A stretch of DNA of 64,000 nucleotides from Heptranchias perlo (taxonomy: Eukaryota), in the NCBI RefSeq assembly GCF_035084215.1, contig NC_090363.1, positions 12,276,001 through 12,340,000 on the forward strand, given 5' to 3'. A program made the translations under genes and the position numbers. The notes below the pieces were generated by a model. That model searched no databases. It was not told the DNA's origin and was given only the letters and a program-made list of their open reading frames with translations. Within the stretch, counting starts at the first letter, position 1; the number at the start of each line of letters is the position of its first letter. Below are positions 11,023 to 24,019 of this stretch, piece by piece.

Positions 11023-11164
11023 GATTATATTATGTGAACAGTGACACGGATACACACATCCGTTGAACAGTCATTAACACATGACCCGTGTCTGTGCTGA
11101 CCCATTTGTGACACATTTTTAATATCAAATCAAAAATTCCTCGGTATGACAGGGACTTTCCGTC

Positions 11165-11545
11165 AATCATTCCCTTTTACTCACGGTGTAAGTACATGTA
11201 CAGGAGCTGACATTGAGACACACATGTGGCATTAAAGTATCAGACGGGACTGAATCGTTCCCTTAAACCCACTGTGTACTGTACATGTATAGGAGCTGAA
11301 ACTGAGACACACATGGACCATACAGTACCAGACGAGAGTGAATCGTTCCCTTGTACCCGCTGTGTGCTGTACACGTAGATGAGCTGACATTGAAACACAC
11401 AGAGGCCGTACAGTACCAGACGGGTGTGAATTATTCCCTTTCACCCGCTGTGTGCTGTACAATTCCAAAGCTGAAACTGAGACACACACGAGCCATACAG
11501 TCCCAGGCGGGAGCGAATCATTACCATTTACTGTGTATGGTATTA
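11165..11545. repeat. Degenerate ~88-bp tandem repeat (~4 units)
   Basis: TACATGTA..GGAGCTGACACTGAGACACAC..GGCCATACAGTACCAGACGGGAGTGAATC.TTCCCTT units starting at 11193, 11282, 11370, 11458. Confidence 0.85.
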
Positions 11546-11549
11546 CATA

Positions 11550-12195
11550 GATTTACAAAGAATTTACAGCACAGCAACAGGCCATTCGGCCCAACTGGTC
11601 TGTGCTCGTTTTTATACTCCGCACAAGCCTCGTTCCACTTTATTTTATCTAAACCGATCTGCATGTCCTCGATCACTTTCTCCGACATGTACTTATCATG
11701 CTTCCCCTTAACTACATTTCTACTATTCGTCTGAACTGCTCCATGTGGTAGCAAGTTCCACATTCTAACAACTTTGTGGGTTTCTCCTGAATTCTTTATT
11801 GGATTTATTGGGAAATATCTTATTTTTATGGCCCCTCGTTTTAGATTCCTCCATTATTGGTAACATCTTCTCTACATTTCTCCTCTCAAACACCTTCATA
11901 ATTTTGAAGATCTCGATTAGGTCACCGCTCAGCCTTCTGTTTTCTGGAGAAAAGATCTCCAGCCTGTTTGGTTTTTCCAGATATTTGTACCCTCTCAATT
12001 TTGATATCATCCTTGTAAACCTTTTTTGAACCTTTTCCAGTGCCTCTATACTCTTTTGCAACATGGAGACTGGAGCTGTCGGCAGTGCTCCAAGTGTGGT
12101 CCAACCAACATTCCATACATGTTTAACATAACTTCTCTGCTTTTCAATTCTATTCATTTAGAAATGAACCCCTGTGCTTTGTTTGCATCTTTAGG
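11550..12195 (-). mobile_element. CR1 LINE 3' fragment
   Basis: IEALEKVQKRFTRMI...RRLSGDLIEIFKIMK...SKTRGHK. Confidence 0.78.
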
Positions 12196-12199
12196 GCCT

Positions 12200-13390
12200 T
12201 GTATGGAGGAGGATGGTGTTCTCAACCGTGTCGAAGTCTGAGGTGAGGTCGAGCAGGATGAGGAGGGATATTTCACCACGGTCACAGTCACATACGATGT
12301 CATTTGTGACTTTGATAACGGCTGTTTCAGTCCTGTGGCAGAGGCAGAAACCTGATTGGAAGGATTCAAACATGGAGTTGCGGGAAGGATGCGCACATAT
12401 TTGGGAGACGTTAACAACTTCAAGGACCTTGGAGTGGAATTGCAGCTTGGTGATAGTTGTTTGCGATGACAGGTGGGCCAAGGTTGTTTGCTTGATCAGG
12501 GGTGTGAGGACGGCAGATTTAAAGGAGAGAAAATCAGTAAAATAGCCATTGATTTGCTTCAAATTCTGACATAAAGCAAACAGAGTTCACAGCGTGAGAG
12601 AAGCTCAGAAATACACGTGAGTCAGAAATACAAAATCTTGGACATGTGCAACAGGCTTGTTAACATCTGGAAGAAAAACTCAGGTTAAAACTCCGCATGA
12701 GGGGCCTCACATTAGACCTGGTGGCCACAGTTATTCCAGGAAATGGGACAGGGAAACCTCAACAATATCAGCAAACATGGAGGCTCGAAAGAGAAGTTGG
12801 GTGGTCAGCAGTTTGGTGAGAATAGGGTTGACGCAGCAGGAAGTGGGTTTCATGGTCAAGATAAGCTTGGAGAGGGCATGAGGGGAGTTAGGAGAGAAAC
12901 TAGAGAAAGATGGATGTTCAAGGCTAAGTCAGGGAGGAATGTTGGGGCAAGTTTGGCTCGGTGGGCTCAGGGAAGTGAGGGAAGTGGCAGAAGCAGCTGA
13001 ACTGATGGCCTCAATCTTAGAAAGAGAGTACTGTTGTTGGAGGCGAGATTAGTGGGGGCAGGACAAAGAGTTTAAAAGACGGTTTGTAGTGGAGAAGAGA
13101 CGCCGGGGTTATGTTTGCATTCCAGAATGATCCTGGAATAGTGAGCAATTTTGGCAGAGGAGACCATGACCCGATAAAGCTTTATGTGCTCCAACCAGAT
13201 CTGGCAATGAATTGCTAAACCAGTTGTCTCCATAAATGTTCAAATCTGGGTCCGTTCGACTTAAGGGAGTGAAGATGGAGGCTGTACCAGGGCAAGGACC
13301 AGGGTGAGAGAGAGTAATGGTTTTAATGGAGGCAAGGGCATCAAAGTTGGAGGTGCGTTTGTGATTGAGCAGATCGGTAGCCATGAGGTA
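12200..13390 (-). mobile_element. L2-clade LINE ORF2 relic
   Basis: MFESFQSGFCLCHRTETAVIKVTNDI...SLLILLDLTSDFDTVENTILL, the RT motif of the L2 group. Confidence 0.8.
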
Positions 13391-13956
13391 CATTGCAGAT
13401 ATGTTATATTGATCAAAATAACCATTCAGGGTATAACATTGGTGACAATGGTCACTCAATCGCCGACCATGTTATGCTGGTGAAATTGTGTTAATTGCAC
13501 TGACACCTAATTGAACAGTGCTGCCGGGTGATGACCCATTTTATATTCCACTCCCAGCTTCGATACTGTATGTCATCAAGTCAATACGATTTACTCTATC
13601 ACTCTATCACTCTCACAGCTTTTTGATATTATTTACACTTTGACTCTCATGTGCTAACGGACGGGTTCACATTTTATTCCCCTTCTTCTCCATTTAACTT
13701 TCAGTTTTTATGACTGAAGAAACGAAGCCATCGCAGAATGAATTAAAGCATCGTGTTCCCAAGAGCAGAATAACGCGATCAAGATGATGTAATGAGGTAA
13801 CAGGTTCAGAGCGGGGCATTCATAAGCCTGAGAATGCCCCTTGGAGCCTCGATTTACTCACTGCCTCATTAAGTGATCGTTTGGAAACTAAATATGTTCT
13901 AATGTGTTTGTTCCAGCGCGCGTGGCTGATACCGGGTTTAATGTAAAACCACTGTC

Positions 13957-13984
13957 TCCCTGTGGGACTGACTGGTGTATAAAA
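13957..13984 (+). promoter_or_regulatory. Putative core promoter of copy B (TATAAAA 13978-13984)
   Basis: Homologous to 1111-1138; same distance to ATG 14061. Confidence 0.58.
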
Positions 13985-14060
13985 CACCTCCTGTTTCAAT
14001 GCATTGTCTTTGTGTCCAAACCAGAGCCTTGCATCCACGATTGTCTCGCTTAGGCAGGAA

Positions 14061-16760
14061 ATGGGAGGATCAGCAATTTTCTACGAATCAGTCATTTGCT
14101 ATCCAATTCTTGCAATTATTGGTCTTCCCAGTAAGTAATAAGTTAATGACGAAAGGTCATCGACCTGAACCGTTAACTCTGCTTCTTTACCACAGATGCT
14201 GTCTCACTGGGTATTTTCGGCATTTTCTGATATTTTTCAGATTTCTAGGATCCGCAGTATTTTGCTTTTGAAGTAATAACAAGCATTTATTTTTTGAACC
14301 ATTGTTTAATTACATTGTTGCTTTTAATACATGCTGTTTGCCTCTATATCTTTGTTCCTTGGTTGACCATTTTAAAAAATTCGTTAGTGGGATGTGGGCG
14401 TCGCTGGCGAGGCCAGCATTTATTGCCCATCCCTAATTGCCCTTGAGAAGGTGGTGGTGAGCCGCCTTCTTGAACCGCTGCAGTCCGTGGACGGTTCTCC
14501 CACAGTGCTGTTAGGAAGGGAGTTCCAGGATTTTGACCCAGCGACAATGAAGGAACGGCGATATATTTCCAAGTCGGGATGGTGTGTGACTTGGAGGGGA
14601 ACGTGCAGGTGGTGTTGTTCCCATGTGTCTGCTGCTCTCGTCCTTCTAGGTGGTAGAGGTCGCGGGTTTGGGAGGTGCTTTTGAAGAAGCCTTGGCGAGT
14701 TGATGCAGTGCATCCTGTGGATGGTACACACTGCAGCCACAGTGCGCCGGTGGTGATGGGAGTGAATGTTTAGGGTGGTGGATGGGGTGTCAATCAAGTG
14801 GGCTGCTTTATCTTGGATGGTGTCGAGCTTTTTGAGTGTTGTTGGAGCTGCACTCATCCAATCAAGTGGAGAGTATTCCATCACACTCCTGACATGTGTC
14901 TTGGAGATGGTGGAAAGGCTTTGGGGAGTCAGGAGGTGAGTCACTCGCCGCAGAATACCCAGCCTCTGACCTGCTCTCGTAGCCACAGTATTTGTATGGC
15001 TGATAGGTGGTAGGTGGTAATCAGCAGGAGGTTTCAGCAGCAGCAGGTGGTTAGATTATTGATTCGAAATCTCTCACTTCTTATTTACTTCAAAATGACA
15101 ACTTTTGTGATATTATATCAGGCTCTCTGAATGTCTGCATCAAATGCAAGTTCTTCCCTTTGTTAAACGACGCGCAATCAGCCACCTGGAATAACTGTGG
15201 CCATCAGGTCGAACGCGAGGATCCTTATGCGGAGTTTTAAATTGAATTTCTCTTCCAGATGTTAACAGGCCTGGTGTGCATCTCCAAGATGCTGTATTTC
15301 CGACTCCTGAATTTTGTCACGCTGTGACTTGACTTTGGAGGCAAAATTAATCCAACCCGACAGTCGGGAAACTGACGGGGTCGAGTGTTACGCTGGTTTT
15401 ATACCCCACCAGATTTCACCCTCCATTGAAGTTAATGGGGTGTAAAACCGGCGTTTCACCCGATCCGTGGGTTAAAATTACCCCTTTTCTGTCAGAATTT
15501 GAAGCAAATCAATGGCTATTTTACTGAACTCTGTTCATTACCCTCACACGAGGACGCGGCTTCTCATCAGTAATGTGAAACTGTCACATTAAATCACGTG
15601 TGACAAAGGAAGAGCCAATGCCGTTATTGGCACATACTTTATTCTCGAATGAGGGCAATTAAATCAGCACAGTGGTGAGTGAACTTGGTACCACCCTGTT
15701 CTGGTTGTCTCAGCAACCCACCCAGTGAGACTCGGAGGAATCCGTTTCAGTAACAAGCCTCCTGTCTCACAGCGACGAAACATTCAATTCCAAGGGAGTG
15801 TGATTTTATATCGCTAATCTATTTCTTCGTTAATTCTCCTGGTTTTTCCAATTTCTTACAGCGAACCTGATGTCAGTTGTGATCCTGTCACGGGGAAAGT
15901 GCGGTCTCTCCAAAGGAATCACTCGTTACATGGCGGCCATGGCATTGGCAGATCTAATGGTTTGCATGTTTAATGTAATTTTGCAAAACATCTTTCGGTA
16001 TCATTTTCTAAATTCATGGTTGAGCTACACTTACGTGTGCCGTTTTACTGCTTTTATGCAAGTATTTATTAGCCAAATCTCTGTCTGGTTCACAGTATCA
16101 TTCACCTTTGACCGCTTCATATCGATTTGTTGTCAGAAACTAAAATTAAAATATTGCACCGAAAGAACTGCCTCTGTAGTTTTAACGATCGTGTGTTTGC
16201 TCAGCTTTTTGATGAATATTCCTGTTTATTTCCGTTACGAGCCCTACTCTATTATTGACGATATACCGTGGGGCTGCCGTACAGTATCAGGACATTTTTA
16301 TTCACCGGCATGGGTAGCTTACAAATGGATCAACACTCTCTCATCCCCAATTCTCCCATTCCCTTTGTTATTGCTGTTAAATTCTCTCACTGCCAGGCAC
16401 ATCTTAATGGCCAGTAGATCTCGCAGAGCCCTGAAGAGCAGAAACAATGGGGAGAACAGCAGTGATCCCGAGATGAAGAACCGAAGAACATCCATCATTC
16501 TGCTCTTCGCTATCTCGGGGAGTTTTATTGTGTTGTGGACGCCGATTACTGTAATAAACATCTGTGTCGGTGTGACGGAGACACCTACTTTCAAAGGTTC
16601 AAACTCACTTTATTTGGCAATTAGAATCGCACTTCTGTTGATGTATTTGAGCTCCTGCACGAACACGTGCATTTATGCATTGACCCAGAGGAGATTCCGA
16701 GAGGAGATGAAGAATATGATGAAATATCCGGTTACTGTCATTACTAAATTATTTAAATAA
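14061..16760 (+). CDS. GPR139/GPR142-like class A GPCR, copy B (intact, exons 14061-14130 + 15862-16760, 322 aa)
   Basis: Exon 1 is MGGSAIFYESVICYPILAIIGLP+A|GTAAGT. Acceptor TTACAG|CG is in frame with ORF 15870..16760. Same 7TM motifs as copy A. Confidence 0.9.
14376..15005 (-). mobile_element. Young LINE (CR1/L2 supergroup) 3' end inserted in intron of copy B
   Basis: ORF 14420-14986: RAGQRLGILRR...VRSVMEYSPLDW...KLDTIQDKA...WNSLP; 3' end GGGCAATTAGGGATGGGCAATAAATGCTGGCC. Empty site in A and C introns. Confidence 0.85.
15337..15484. mobile_element. Palindromic MITE-like element in intron of copy B
   Basis: Inverted pair CGCTGGTTTTATACCCCA / TGGGGTGTAAAACCGGCG around CCATTGAAGTTAATGG; ends in GGTTAAAATTACCCC. 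Confidence 0.55.
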
Positions 16761-17199
16761 TTAAATTTTAATTCCTCGTATTTTCCTGGTATCCAGGTTC
16801 GTTGTTGCTACTTGAAGTGTTCGGCTGAGGCCAAATATTGCACCCATTGGTTCTCAACCTTCCACAACACCAGTTGGCCATTTTCCCACCTCACAAGGTG
16901 ATGGCAGTTACGCTGCTGTTCGAAAACTCGCCATACCGATATCAGAAAACAAACCACACCGAATTTTCCAAACATATTGCTGAAATAATGTTTTAACATA
17001 AACTTCACAACGTTTCACAATCGTTCATTTTTTGAGGTGAAAGCACAGCGAGCAATGGTGCCCACCGGTTCTCAATGATTTGCAGAAGATTCCCTTTGGC
17101 TGCTACTGATGAAGATATCAGATACACAACGTGAAGATTCCATCTGGTCTGTACGTGTGAGGGCATCAGAAACTCATCGGGAATGCTTCTTTTGTATCC

Positions 17200-17835
17200 A
17201 GTCTTAAAGGATGTCAGTTTGGTTCCTGTGTGTAAGGGGTTTGAAGTTATGCTACAGCTATAGAAAGCCCTGGTTCGACCTCACCTGATATACTTTGTAC
17301 AGCTCTGAGCACCGCACCTTAGGAAGGTGATATTGATCTTGGAGGGGGTGCAGCATAGGTTTGCTAGAATGATAACTGGAATCCAAGGGTTAAATTAGGT
17401 GAGATTACACAAACTATGGTTGTATTCCCTAGATTTTAGAAGATTAAGGTGCGAGATGATCAAAGTTTTCAAGATATTAAGGGGAACTGAAGGGGTAAAT
17501 ATAGAAAAACAATTTCCGATGGTCGGAGAGTCTCGGACTAGTGGGATACCGCCTAAAAATCGAGCCAGAACCTTCAGGAGTGAAGTTAGGAAACACTTCA
17601 ACTGGGGTGGTAGAAGTTTGGAACTCTGTTCGGCAATCGGCGGTTGATGCTAGCTCGATTGTTAATTTGAAATCAGAGATTGATCTATTTTTGTTATTCA
17701 TAGGTATTAAAGGATTTGGGGCAAAGCCGGGTATATGAAGTTAATTCACAGATCAGCCATGAACTCATTGAACGGCAGAACCGCCTCCAGTGGCTAAATG
17801 GCCTACTCCTGTTCCTATGATGTTATGTTCCTATG
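17200..17835 (+). mobile_element. Older CR1 LINE 3' fragment (uninterrupted homolog of 3720-3781/5890-6460)
   Basis: RLHKLWLYSLDFRRLRCEMIKVFKILRG...; empty site for the A-specific CR1. Confidence 0.78.
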
Positions 17836-18088
17836 ATATCAGAGACACAACAATATATGCATTTCTGCAAAAAGGGACAGAAATGTTGTTTCTTTGTGAT
17901 AAGCTCCACACCTGTCTCCTGACTGGAGATTAATAGACAAGGGAAGTCACATCACTGGGTGTGCGAGATTATATAACAATTGGACCATATTGTAAAATAA
18001 CGGGACTTATTTATTTAATTTATTCTTTGAATGTGGGCATCCCTGGATAGGCCGGACTTTATTGTCCATCGCTAATTGTCCTGTGAAC

Positions 18089-18233
18089 CTTTTGTTTTAT
18101 TCGTTCATGGGTTGTGAGCGTCGCTAGCAAGGCCAGCATTCATTGCCCATCTCGAATTGCCCTTGAGAAGGTGGTGGTGAGCCGCCTTCTTGAACCGCCG
18201 CAGTCCGTGTGGTGAAGGTTCTCCCACAGTGCT
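18089..18233 (-). mobile_element. Short LINE 3'-end fragment, B-specific (same family as 14376-15005)
   Basis: STVGEPSPHGLRRFKKAAHHHLLKGN plus the same 3' tail; nested in an older related fragment; duplicate at 53277-53421. Confidence 0.7.
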
Positions 18234-18838
18234 GGTGATGGCAGGCCTTCTGCCTTGAATCACTGTCAGTTGTTTGAAACAAATGTGTGGATTGTGTGGC
18301 CACTTTACAGCGTAGCGAACCATTACACTACCGTAGCCATGACTTCATTATAACGCAGTGTCCAGCTGGCCCAATCCGTGAATCTGAGCCTTGCTGGTAA
18401 ATGATCCGTTCCAATTAGATGATCATGATTTGATTTTTGGCGTTAGGAGCTCAACAATTCGCTTCAATGCTCAAGGACTGGGGATGTGTAAAAGTTGGAC
18501 GTGGTCCGCTCTCCTGGTCAAATTTAAATGACCCCTCTGCGAAAGTGTGCCTGTCTGGATTCAAGGAAGAGCTCAGCTTGAATTAACCCAAGGTTATATC
18601 TCATGTCGAGAATCACAGTGCATCCTCACAGGCAATGGAAGATCATACCCTCTGGACCATGTGTCAGAATTAGCGGAAAACTTCCGTCGATGTTTACCTG
18701 CGAAATCCCTTACATTTTGCAGAAATACATATCATATTGTATTGCAGATGATATCCGTGCACACGGAGACCAAGGTATTCCAGATCAGTTCTTGATGTCC
18801 TCAGACGCACAGTTCAGTTGCAATTTCAGTGTTCTGTC

Positions 18839-19075
18839 GCTGATATTTTTACTCATATGGACCAAATGCAATCTTTCTGTTCTGCAGATGATATGGTCAA
18901 TCAGAGGGAGCAAATGAATCTTCCAGTTTTGTTTCAGATATCTTCACTATTGGGAACAAAGTTCATTTTCCCATTGTGTAGATGATACATTTACTCAAAG
19001 CGATGAAAGGGAATCTTCCCATTGTGTATCTGGCATCTTGACTGGTAGGGAAAAAAGGAATCTTCTATCCTTTGT
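18839..19075. repeat. Degenerate 48-bp tandem repeat, 5 units (unit B)
   Basis: Homolog of 7546-7833 lacking one unit. Confidence 0.75.
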
Positions 19076-20424
19076 CAAGCACTGATGGGAATCTTTCCCA
19101 ACTGCGTTTTCATCTCAAAAATGAACAATTGTGAAAAATATTAAGGATTAAGTTACGCATGTGATCATCTAACGTTCACCAGATTGAAACATCTGGATGA
19201 AAGTGTCCAATATGTCACTTGTACCTCAATGTTTTCTCCCAGTCTACATATATTGTAAATCTATCTTCAGAATTGATCGCAAGTGGGGCAATTCAAAAAT
19301 CGAATTCATTGTCCGCATGCCTGATTGATTACTTTTTCTGTGCAGATCTGAATCAAATTGAAATGAATTTGTGATTTTAAAATACTTTAGAAAGCCAAAT
19401 CTACAGAAATACTTTTCCATGCAATTTGATTTGATATAACTGTCCTGCTTAACGAGTCGAAGGCCATTTTATCAGGGCATGAGTAATCTTCGAAGGGGCT
19501 GATGTGCAAATGACATCATTCATGGTTCCATGATTGGACGGTAATAAACTTCGGCAAGAAACATTGGCGGATTAAAAGAGGAAAGTTGATTATATCGGCC
19601 TGCTATCAACAAAATGGTGGATATAATTGCATGATGAATGATAAAAGTAATTATTTTGGGAAAGGAACGGAATGATGCAGCAAACAGACTGTGGGGAGGT
19701 CCTCAATTGAAAATAAAAGACTCAGGCGAAGGGCCATGAGCAACCGCGCAAATAGAGGGACATACGGGAAGTTTGACAGCAATAAGCCAATCGTTCATTC
19801 AAAATCTTAGTATATTAGCTTGTTTAGTTGTTCAAATGTTAAACCCTGTCAATGGCTTTGAATATCAGGAAAGTAAATTCCCAAATACTCACCAGTAGGA
19901 ATATGATGGTTTATGAAGGGGCTAAACAGGGCATCAGTAGAACTGCCTCACCGAACTCCATACTGGTGATCAGAGATTAGAAGAGAACTTTCAGGTCGAT
20001 GGATTAATTAAGTTTTAAAATTTGCCACCTAAATTTTGGAAAACACAGGGTTAAGTGCAATAGGCCCTTAATTAGAAAGTCAGAGCAATCGACGTTCTTT
20101 GGGATCGAACTTTGACAAACAGCACTATAAGTAAAAAGGATATGAGGAATGAATGCAACCGACAGTGTGCAAACAGATCAACACGTGGCTGAGATCAGAC
20201 ACATGCATCTCGAGAACCATAGGAAGAATTCTACCAGAGTTAGAGGTTTTTTGAGTTAATGAAAGGCATAATCCAACATACAGTTTATTATAATGTTGAA
20301 ACATTACATAAAGTGACCGTGAGAATGCCTTGAAGACATTTTAGTGAAGTCTCACTATATGATTGGTATATTAATATATTCCAATTTGGCTTTCGCAATA
20401 TTAACCCACATTCAAACATGTGTA

Positions 20425-22370
20425 TGGGGTAGGAAATCAACATAGGAACAAGAATAAACAATTCAGTCCCTCGACCCTTTCCGCTGTTCAATGAGATCAT
20501 GGCTGATCTGTATCCTAAGTCCATCCACCCGCCTTGGTTCCTGATCCTTTAATAACCTTGGCAAGCAAAACTGTTATCGATCTCAGATTTAAAATTATGA
20601 ATTGAAGTAGCATCTGTTGCTTTTAGTGGGAGAGAGTTCCACATTGCTACCACTCTATGTGTGAAGAAATGTTTCCTAATTTCTCTCCTGAATGGCCTGG
20701 TTATGATTTTAAGGTTATGTCCCCTTGTCCGAAACTCCCCAACCAGCGGAATTTTTTTCCCTCCATCAACCCTAGCAAATCCTTTCAAAATCCTAAAAAC
20801 GTCAATTAAATCACCCCTTAACCTTTCATATTCGAGGGGCTACAAACCTGGTTTGTGTATTCTCACCATATAATCTCACCCTTGGAGCCCTGGTAACATT
20901 TCTTCACTCAACGGGGTGGTGAACCTATGGAATTCTCTACCACAGAATGCTATGGAGGCCAAGTCACTGAATATATTTAAGAAGGAGCTAGATAGATTTC
21001 CAGACACAAAAGGCATCATGGGGTATGGGAAGAGAGCGGGAATATGGTATTGAGATAGAGGATCAGCCATAATCATATTGAATGACGCAGCAGGCTCGAA
21101 GGGCCGAAAGGCATAATCCTGCTCCTATTTTCTATGTTTCTATGTAACATTCTGGTGAATTTGCGCTGCACTCCTTCCAAGGCCAATATATGCTTTCTGA
21201 GGCGCAATGCCCAGAACTGTACACAGTACTCCAGATGTAGTTTAACCAGGGCTTTGTATCGCTGTTGCAATCCTTCCTCCTTTTTATATTCTGGCCCTCT
21301 TGTTATTAAGGCGAACATTGCATTAGTTTTTTTGATGATTTTTTGTACCTGATTACTACATTTTAGTGATCTGTGTAGATGGACCATTAAATCTCTTTGG
21401 ACCTCCACTGTTCCTAACTTTTCACCATTGAAAATTGCTCGGATCAATCCTTTTTTGGTCCTCGCACTTTTGGATGACCTCACACTTGCCTGAATTGAAA
21501 TTACAATAACTTCTCCACATCAAATGTTAGACTCACAGATTTATAATTTCCTGGTACTCACTCTCGTCTTTCTTAAATAATGGAGTTACATTTGCCGTAT
21601 TCCAATCTAAAGACGCAATTCCAGAATCGAGAGAGCTTTGGAAGATTATGGCTAAAGCATCTGCAATTTCCTCACCTCCTTCCTTTAAAATCCTGGGATG
21701 GAAACCATCAGGTCCTGGGGATTTGTCAGTCTATACTGCCCTTATTAATCCTAATTTTGTTGTCTTGCTTACATTAACGTCAGTGAGTTTCAGTCCTTGA
21801 TTCATTATTAGCTTCCCTGGAGTGTTAGGTATATTATCCTTTTCCTCTACTGTGAAGATTGACACAAAATAATTATTCAACAAGTCTGCCACTTCCTTAT
21901 TTTCATTTGCAATATTACCAGCGTCTGTTTTGATTACCGTTTTTCTTCTAATATAATCGTAAACACCTTTTGTGTTGATCTTGGTATCCCTCGCAAGGCT
22001 CTTTTCGTATTCCGTTTTTTGCAGGCATTTTTATCTGTTTTGGCTTCCTTTGCTGTTCTTTATATCACCCCCAGTCCCCTGGATCTACACTATTCTTTGT
22101 ACTCTTTTATGCCCTTTCGTTTAGTTTTATGTTGTCTCTCATCTTTTTATTCTGCCATGACTGTTTTATTTGGTACGTCGAGCTCTTGTCCCTTCTGGTT
22201 ATATACTGGTCCTGTATCAAATTAAATTCTTCTTTGAACACCGCCCACTGTTCATCTGCAGTTTGACTCGATAACAGTTTTGATAAGATTGATTTCGTCA
22301 GTCTCTTTCTCACCGCTTTAAAGTTAGCCATATCAAAATCTGGAATCTTAGTAATTGTGTTACGTTTCTC
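20425..22370 (-). mobile_element. Old CR1 LINE fragments with nested young CR1
   Basis: GEFRTRGHNLKI...FFTHRVVAMWNSLP; KALVKLHLEYCVQFWA; PDFDMANFKAVR...QWAVFK. Confidence 0.78.
20901..21143 (+). mobile_element. 243-bp CR1 3'-end insertion with 8-bp TSD (shared by B and C lineages)
   Basis: TSD GTAACATT at 20893-20900 and 21144-21151; TTTCTATG tail; also at 32243-32485, 56089-56331, 62898-63140; empty site in A (~9650). Confidence 0.88.
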
Positions 22371-22439
22371 CTCAGGGAGTGAATCATTCCTTTTTAAACA
22401 CTGTGTATTGTACATGTACAGGACTGACACTGAGACACT

Positions 22440-22705
22440 CTTTCTATTTCTCTCTCTCCATCTTTATCCCTCTATATCTCTCTACCTCACTCTCCGTCCT
22501 GTCTGTTTCTCTGTCTCTATTTCTCGCTGTCTGAATCTCTTTTGTTCATTTCTCTCCCCCACTCGCTGCCCTTTCTCTTTCTCTCACTCTCCTTCTTTCA
22601 CTCTTCTGCTCACTCTCTATTTATATTTCTCTCTCTATCCCTTTTCGCCTGCCCCTATCACTGTTCCTCTCCCTTTCTTGCTGTCTCCCTTTCATTGTTG
22701 TCTCT
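22440..22705. repeat. CT-rich low-complexity / degenerate microsatellite tract
   Basis: Polypyrimidine (CT)n-like sequence; seen only in unit B. Confidence 0.85.
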
Positions 22706-23288
22706 GAAATGTTCTTCATTGAGATGTACTCTGAAATATTTCAGTCTCACTGGTAAATAACAACAAATCACAATTCTATAGCTTTTCTATACATTAAAGA
22801 TTCAATTAGGGGTTGCAAATCTGTCAGGAAGTTCTGGTTTCTCAACTTAAAACATTTTAGTGTTTAAAATTTTACAGGGACCTGAGATCAAAAGCCGTTT
22901 CCCATTCAGACATTCCAGCATTTGGAAGTCCCTGTTATCTTTACAGAGACATGAGATGGAATTGTTCAATAGAGATGGAAGATTTGATCAATTGAGTAGC
23001 GTCAGAATTAGATTGAGTCGCTCACATCTACACTGGGTTCAAGCTGTTTCCAGTAAACACCCTGAGGCAATGAAATGGGTAAATCATGTCTGAGAAATTT
23101 TAAAGTGACGAAACACACAATGGAACAGGAAATGGGAGAATATACAAAACCGGAGGCCCAGAACAGAGCAGAAGGAAGGTGTTAGCATCAATTTCAGTTT
23201 TTGCATCTGTTGTGTATTTGGACCAGATGCTGTTTAACTTTAGTTCTTTAATGTAGTCGCTGGACAGTGAGGGCTGTGCCTGGGGAGC

Positions 23289-23486
23289 CTGGGGTGCTTG
23301 GGCACAAGGAGAGTAGGAGATAGGCGGTGAGGGGACCCTGGGGTCATTGGGCAACAGTGGGAAGGGGAGACAGGCTGCGAGGGTACCCTGGGGTGCTTGT
23401 GCAATGGAGGAGGGGAAGACAGGTGTTGAAGGAACCCTGGAGTGCTTGGGCACAGAGGGAAGGGGAAACAGGCTGCGAGGGAACCG
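23289..23486. repeat. G-rich ~49-bp tandem repeat, 4 units
   Basis: Units start at 23289, 23338, 23388, 23437. Confidence 0.8.
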
Positions 23487-23629
23487 TGGATTATATTATG
23501 CAACCAGTGACACTGAGAAACACATACGTTGAACAGACAGTGACAAATGTCCCGTGTATGTGCTGATCCATTTGTGACACATTTTTAATGTCGAATCAAA
23601 TATTCCTGCGTACGACAGAGACTGTCCGT

Positions 23630-24010
23630 CAATAATTCCCTTTTACTCACAGTGTACTTGTGCGTATACAGAAGCTGACACTGAGACATACGTGTGCCAT
23701 ACAGTACCAGACGGGAGTGAATCGGTCCCTTAAACACGCTGTGTACTGTACATGTACAGGAGCAGACACTGAGACATACACGGGCCATACAGTACCAGAG
23801 GAGAGTGAATTGTTCCCTTGTGCCCGCTGTGCGCTGTACATGTAGAGCAGCTGACATTGAGACAAGCACACAGCCCGTACAGTACCAGAAGGGGAGTGAC
23901 TAATTCCATTTTACCCGCTGTGTGCTGTCCATGTGCGGAAGCTGACACTGAGACATACACGGGCCATACAATCCCAGACGGGATTGAACCATTCCCCTTT
24001 ACTATGTAAC
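23630..24010. repeat. ~88-bp tandem repeat (unit B)
   Basis: Homolog of 11165-11545. Confidence 0.82.
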
Positions 24011-24019
24011 GTGTTACAT

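Noticed and set aside
11165-11545. CRISPR-like repeat-spacer appearance of the 88-bp and 48-bp arrays
   Set aside because: Whole units are homologous with no unique spacers, there are no cas genes, and the context is eukaryotic.
16808-17008. Convergent antisense ORF downstream of the GPCR stop (…RWENGQLVLWK…)
   Set aside because: Interrupted by stop codons in copies A and C; no recognisable domain; probably 3' UTR.
22357-22760. Hydrophobic L/S/F-rich ORFs
   Set aside because: Translation artefact of the CT-rich low-complexity tract.
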